A program made the position numbers and the translations under genes. DNA of 64,000 bases from Takakia lepidozioides (lineage: Eukaryota > Plantae > Bryophyta): assembly GCA_030704615.1 (NCBI GenBank), contig CM060733.1:5394001-5458000 (forward strand), read 5' to 3'. The notes below the pieces were generated by a model, which saw nothing but the letters and a program-made list of their open reading frames with translations, had not been told where the DNA came from and ran no database searches. Each line of letters opens with the position of its first letter. The first letter of the stretch is position 1. Positions 60,451 through 64,000 of the stretch are shown piece after piece.

Positions 60451-61059
60451 CCGCCACAACAGCAAATGGTTGAATACATCTAACATTGTACATTGATCCT
60501 TTGAGAAGGTACTGTTCTCTGACATCACAAGCCCATTCCATGCCACAATTACCAGCTCGACCACAAGCCACCAGAAAGCAAAATCAATTTAGATTTTTTT
60601 AATGTAAGTTTGTTTGACAACAAGCCGCACATTCACTTGATCCTGCCAGCTCTAGAATGGCCAGAACCTTTGGAACCATTTAGTCATTTGCCACAAGATA
60701 AGAGCCAACTACAAATATCTCATATCACACAGGATTCGCTCAAGGAATCGTGGTTCTTTAGGGTGAAATACCTACAAAGATTCCATTATACCAAGCGCTA
60801 GGAACAGTTGATCTTCAATGAGAGTTTAGTTCTATATAATAATCTGGTCAGCTGAAAACAGAGAGGTAAGTCATTGGAAAGAAGGAGACAACAAACAATT
60901 AAGGAAACCAGAAAGACCTCAATGACGGCTCCCTGTACCTGCTTTTCCTTAAAGCATTCCAAGAATATCCACATTCAATGTGCCCAGTGTGGACAAACAA
61001 GAGAGCGGAAGTATGAAACGGAGGCTATTCCTGATCGTACAGCAGAAGACACATAAGAT

Positions 61060-62070
61060 TGTACTCATAAGACGTTGTTTGCCGTAGCCTTGTGGCCATT
61101 GACCCCGCGCCCAGTTTGAGCGGGAACAAAAGGGACAGAACCTACCTCTGTCAGGGGCTGACGTTGGTAGTAAGACTTACCTTCATATATAGAATTAATC
61201 CGGGTTTTCCAGATATCCTCTAGAAATCCCTTCACACAAGCATCAATCTGCTGTGTGTGATTTGCCCAAAAACTAGGCCTCAGGAGGGCCTGGGCTTTTG
61301 GCTCAGCCTCGAGACTTTCAAAGTTGGTAAACAGGGGTACAGGCACAATTCCCTTGATAGATTCGAAGAGAGCGTCTCTTTGGTGAGAGAACCCCGGACA
61401 GTGTATCAGAAAATGAATACTGTCTTCAGATTGCCCACACAACGGGCAATTGCACTCTCCCTTTCCTCTCTGCTTCTGTTTGCTGTTCAAAGGTAGGCTT
61501 CCTGCCCTGAGTTTAAATTTCAGTCTAGTGCCGAGAGTGGGTAGACCCTTGAGGTCATCCAAGATGTCCTCCCCCATGTCACAGACTGGAAACAAGTTCA
61601 GGGAAGTTTTCTGCCTAACTTCATTTTCATCAGACAATCTCATGGCAACAGACATGGCTGAGGACACTACAGCCTCTAAGTCAGATTTATCCAGCAGGGT
61701 CAAGACTTGCGGATCCAGGTCCAGGTCCTTGAGGATCTCTTCTACTCTCTTCTGCCAGGACTTCGCCTGTTTGACAGGGCGGTCCTGTTTCCAAGATATA
61801 GAGTCGATTAACTTAGGATATCTGGTGTTGGGCATATGTTGCAGCTGACCCCACCATCTGACCTTGAATTCATCTCGTCGGGAGCTTAAGGACAGAATGC
61901 CAAACTCACCCCGAACAGCCACATTGGCTGTTTTGGAGCATGCTGACATACACTCCTTAAGCACCCCCACTTGAATGGATTCTAGAGACTTAGCCTGGTT
62001 GGAGTTATCAACCCATATAGCAGATCCGTACTCCAAGGCAGGTCTAATAACGCGACAAAGCATGGTTTTC
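61060..62070 (-). mobile_element. 5'-truncated non-LTR retrotransposon (LINE; RT thumb + CCHC zinc finger)
   Basis: [12 protein letters not shown]...VAVRGEFG...LRAGSLPL...[18 protein letters not shown]. Open for ~330 codons. Confidence 0.9.
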
Positions 62071-62126
62071 TTAACCTCAGAGGTGACCCCACAGAAGACA
62101 CATAAGAGAGAGGGACAGAGACAGAC

Positions 62127-62294
62127 CTCTAATGGTGTCAACGGGCATTTCCCATTCATCCTAATAGCTCCAGGGTTGATCATACGACCAGTTTTGCTGA
62201 ACTTGCCCCTCCATGCACTCTCCCGCGCACCATCCAATTCAAGTTTCTCTTCCTTGCCACCCTCGTATACACAACATGAAAAGGCTACCATATC
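62127..62294 (-). pseudogene. Isolated internal exon of an O-fucosyltransferase (DUF246) gene
   Basis: cag|[13 protein letters not shown]...[29 protein letters not shown]|gt. No neighbouring OFUT exons seen. Confidence 0.85.
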
Positions 62295-62688
62295 CTGCTA
62301 CCATGGCCAATATTTAAGGGACTTCCTATTAAAATCTGACAAAAGTGACCTTCACCATGTGATGGTAATTTACCATTACCACAATGCCGAGTAAACTTTT
62401 AACGCTTTTGAACCTACTATAGATAGCATCACTTCTAGCCTCTCATACAGTAAATGGGAACTCTTTAATGGGCCACTTTAAATGCAACTAAGGCCTATTC
62501 TGCCCTGGTAAAATTCCTATTGCTCCTCCTTTGCATACAAAGTGCATGTCAGGCACATACCCGGCCTCCTTCATCCATCCAGAGAATCTCTGCAGCTCAG
62601 CATATGATTCTCTAATCTGTGGATGTGATTTGTCTGCTACAATTCATCCATCCAGTTTCCAACCTCAATGCAGCTGTATCCTTCCTCC

Positions 62689-64000
62689 TTACTTTCTGAC
62701 ACCTCTGTCCTGCATCATTTGTCTCACCTTCGCCGTATCGTCCCACCTGCCAGCTGCTGCGTAGATGTTTGATAACACCACATAAGTTGCAGCATCCAGT
62801 GGATTCAGCTTGAGCAGGCATTTGGCTGCATGTTCTGCTAGCTCTACATTGCCATGAATCCGGCAAGCACCAAGCAAGGCACCCCACACTGAAGCATCTG
62901 GATAGATTTGCATTTCGTTAATGAACTTTTCTGCCTCATCGAATCGTCCTGCACGGCCAAAAAGGCCCACAATGCAGCCAAAATGCTGCACTGATGGAGC
63001 GAGGCCATAGACTTGACCCATGGAATCAAAGTAGTGACGGCCTTCATCCACTAGACCTACATGGTTACATGCTGATAGAAGACAAGTAAAAGTGATACAG
63101 TCCGGTTTCAACCCCTCCTGTTGCATTTGCTCAAACAGTTGCACAGCCTCCCTACCACACCCATGCTGAGCATATGCTGCGATCATCACAGTCCATGAAA
63201 CCACATTTCTTTGAGCAATATTGTCGAACACTTGACGTGCATCCTTTATGCTCCCACATTTTGCATACATGTGGATGAGGGTATTGTCCAGATGTATGCA
63301 TGATACAATGCCAGCATTCGTGATTTGACTATGGACCTCTTTGCCCTTTTCCAAGGCTTCCATGCTGGCACACGCATTGACAACGCAAATGTATGTGACT
63401 TTGTTGGGTGTCACCCCTTCCCGTATCATTTGCTCATAAGTTTTAAAAGCCTCCATACCACACTTATGCTGAGCATATCCTGCAATCATTGCATTCCATG
63501 AGACCACATCCCGTTCAGTCATGTTGTCGAACACTAGACATGCATGCTTGAGGCTCCCGCATTTCGCATACATATTGAGAAGGGTTGTCTCCAAATTAAG
63601 ATATGATGCAATTCCAGCTTTGATGATGGTCATATGGACCTGTTTGCCTTTTTCTAGGCATCCCAGGTTTGCACATGCATCAATGACGCCAATGAATGTG
63701 GCCTCTGTGGGAGTCACTCCATCCCGTATCATTGTCTCGTACATTTTGAAAGCCTCCATACCAAAACCATTTTGAGTATATCCTGTGATCATTGCATTCC
63801 ATGAGACCACATCTCGTTGAGCCATATTATCAAACACTTGACGTGCATACTCCGTACTCCTGCATTTGGCATACATGCTAACAAGAGCATTATCCAAATC
63901 AACATATGGTGCAATTCCAGCTTTGATGATGTCAGCATGGACCTGTTTGCCCTTTTCCAGGTCTGCCAGGCTGGCACACGCATTGAGAACGCAAATGAAT
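62689..64000 (-). CDS. PLS-class pentatricopeptide repeat protein with E domain; stops before E+/DYW; 5' end outside window
   Basis: Repeated P-L-S motifs (NALVSMYAKC...VFDNM..RDVVSWNAMI) and E domain VWGALLGACRIHGN...YVVLSNIYAAAGRW...GVRK*. Frameshifted E+ remnant (SHPQI...MKEAGYVPD) at ~62530-62688. Confidence 0.93.
   Translation of the reverse strand, partial: FICVLNACASLADLEKGKQVHADIIKAGIAPYVDLDNALVSMYAKCRSTEYARQVFDNMAQRDVVSWNAMITGYTQNGFGMEAFKMYETMIRDGVTPTEATFIGVIDACANLGCLEKGKQVHMTIIKAGIASYLNLETTLLNMYAKCGSLKHACLVFDNMTERDVVSWNAMIAGYAQHKCGMEAFKTYEQMIREGVTPNKVTYICVVNACASMEALEKGKEVHSQITNAGIVSCIHLDNTLIHMYAKCGSIKDARQVFDNIAQRNVVSWTVMIAAYAQHGCGREAVQLFEQMQQEGLKPDCITFTCLLSACNHVGLVDEGRHYFDSMGQVYGLAPSVQHFGCIVGLFGRAGRFDEAEKFINEMQIYPDASVWGALLGACRIHGNVELAEHAAKCLLKLNPLDAATYVVLSNIYAAAGRWDDTAKVRQMMQDRGVRK

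Noticed and set aside
61065-62291. 408-aa ORF as a genuine OFUT-LINE fusion protein
   Set aside because: The OFUT part is a discrete exon with its own GT donor at 62126. Read-through across ~55 bp of intron into a 5'-truncated LINE is most simply a chance in-frame join.

Overview
Eukaryotic nuclear DNA from a land plant. OVATE, PLS-class PPR and plant O-fucosyltransferase sequences support this; a bryophyte or other non-seed lineage is my inference. The left ~28 kb is a nest of decayed transposons. It holds two inverted copies of a Ty3/Gypsy LTR retrotransposon whose pol carries a DNMT3-like C5-cytosine methyltransferase between protease and RT, plus a PHD finger at the end of the integrase. 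It also holds a Crypton/DUF3504-like tyrosine recombinase pseudogene next to a long palindrome, tRNA-derived SINEs, MITEs, and a ~8.7 kb Helitron (A|TC ... CTAG|T). The Helitron has an internal ~5.1 kb inversion, a ~2.3 kb cargo of host exons and a nested CACTA end. The right part is genic: an OVATE family gene (+), an intact 8-exon UBC13 (-), an ataxin-2/CID3-4-like gene (-) and a 72-aa tail-anchored sORF (+). It ends with a scrambled mosaic of gene fragments (SPATA20 on both strands, VCS/EDC4, O-fucosyltransferase), a truncated LINE, and a PLS-PPR gene with a decayed E/DYW tail that runs off the window end. The top candidate system is the methyltransferase + PHD-bearing Gypsy family. All calls are by eye from motifs; no searches were run.
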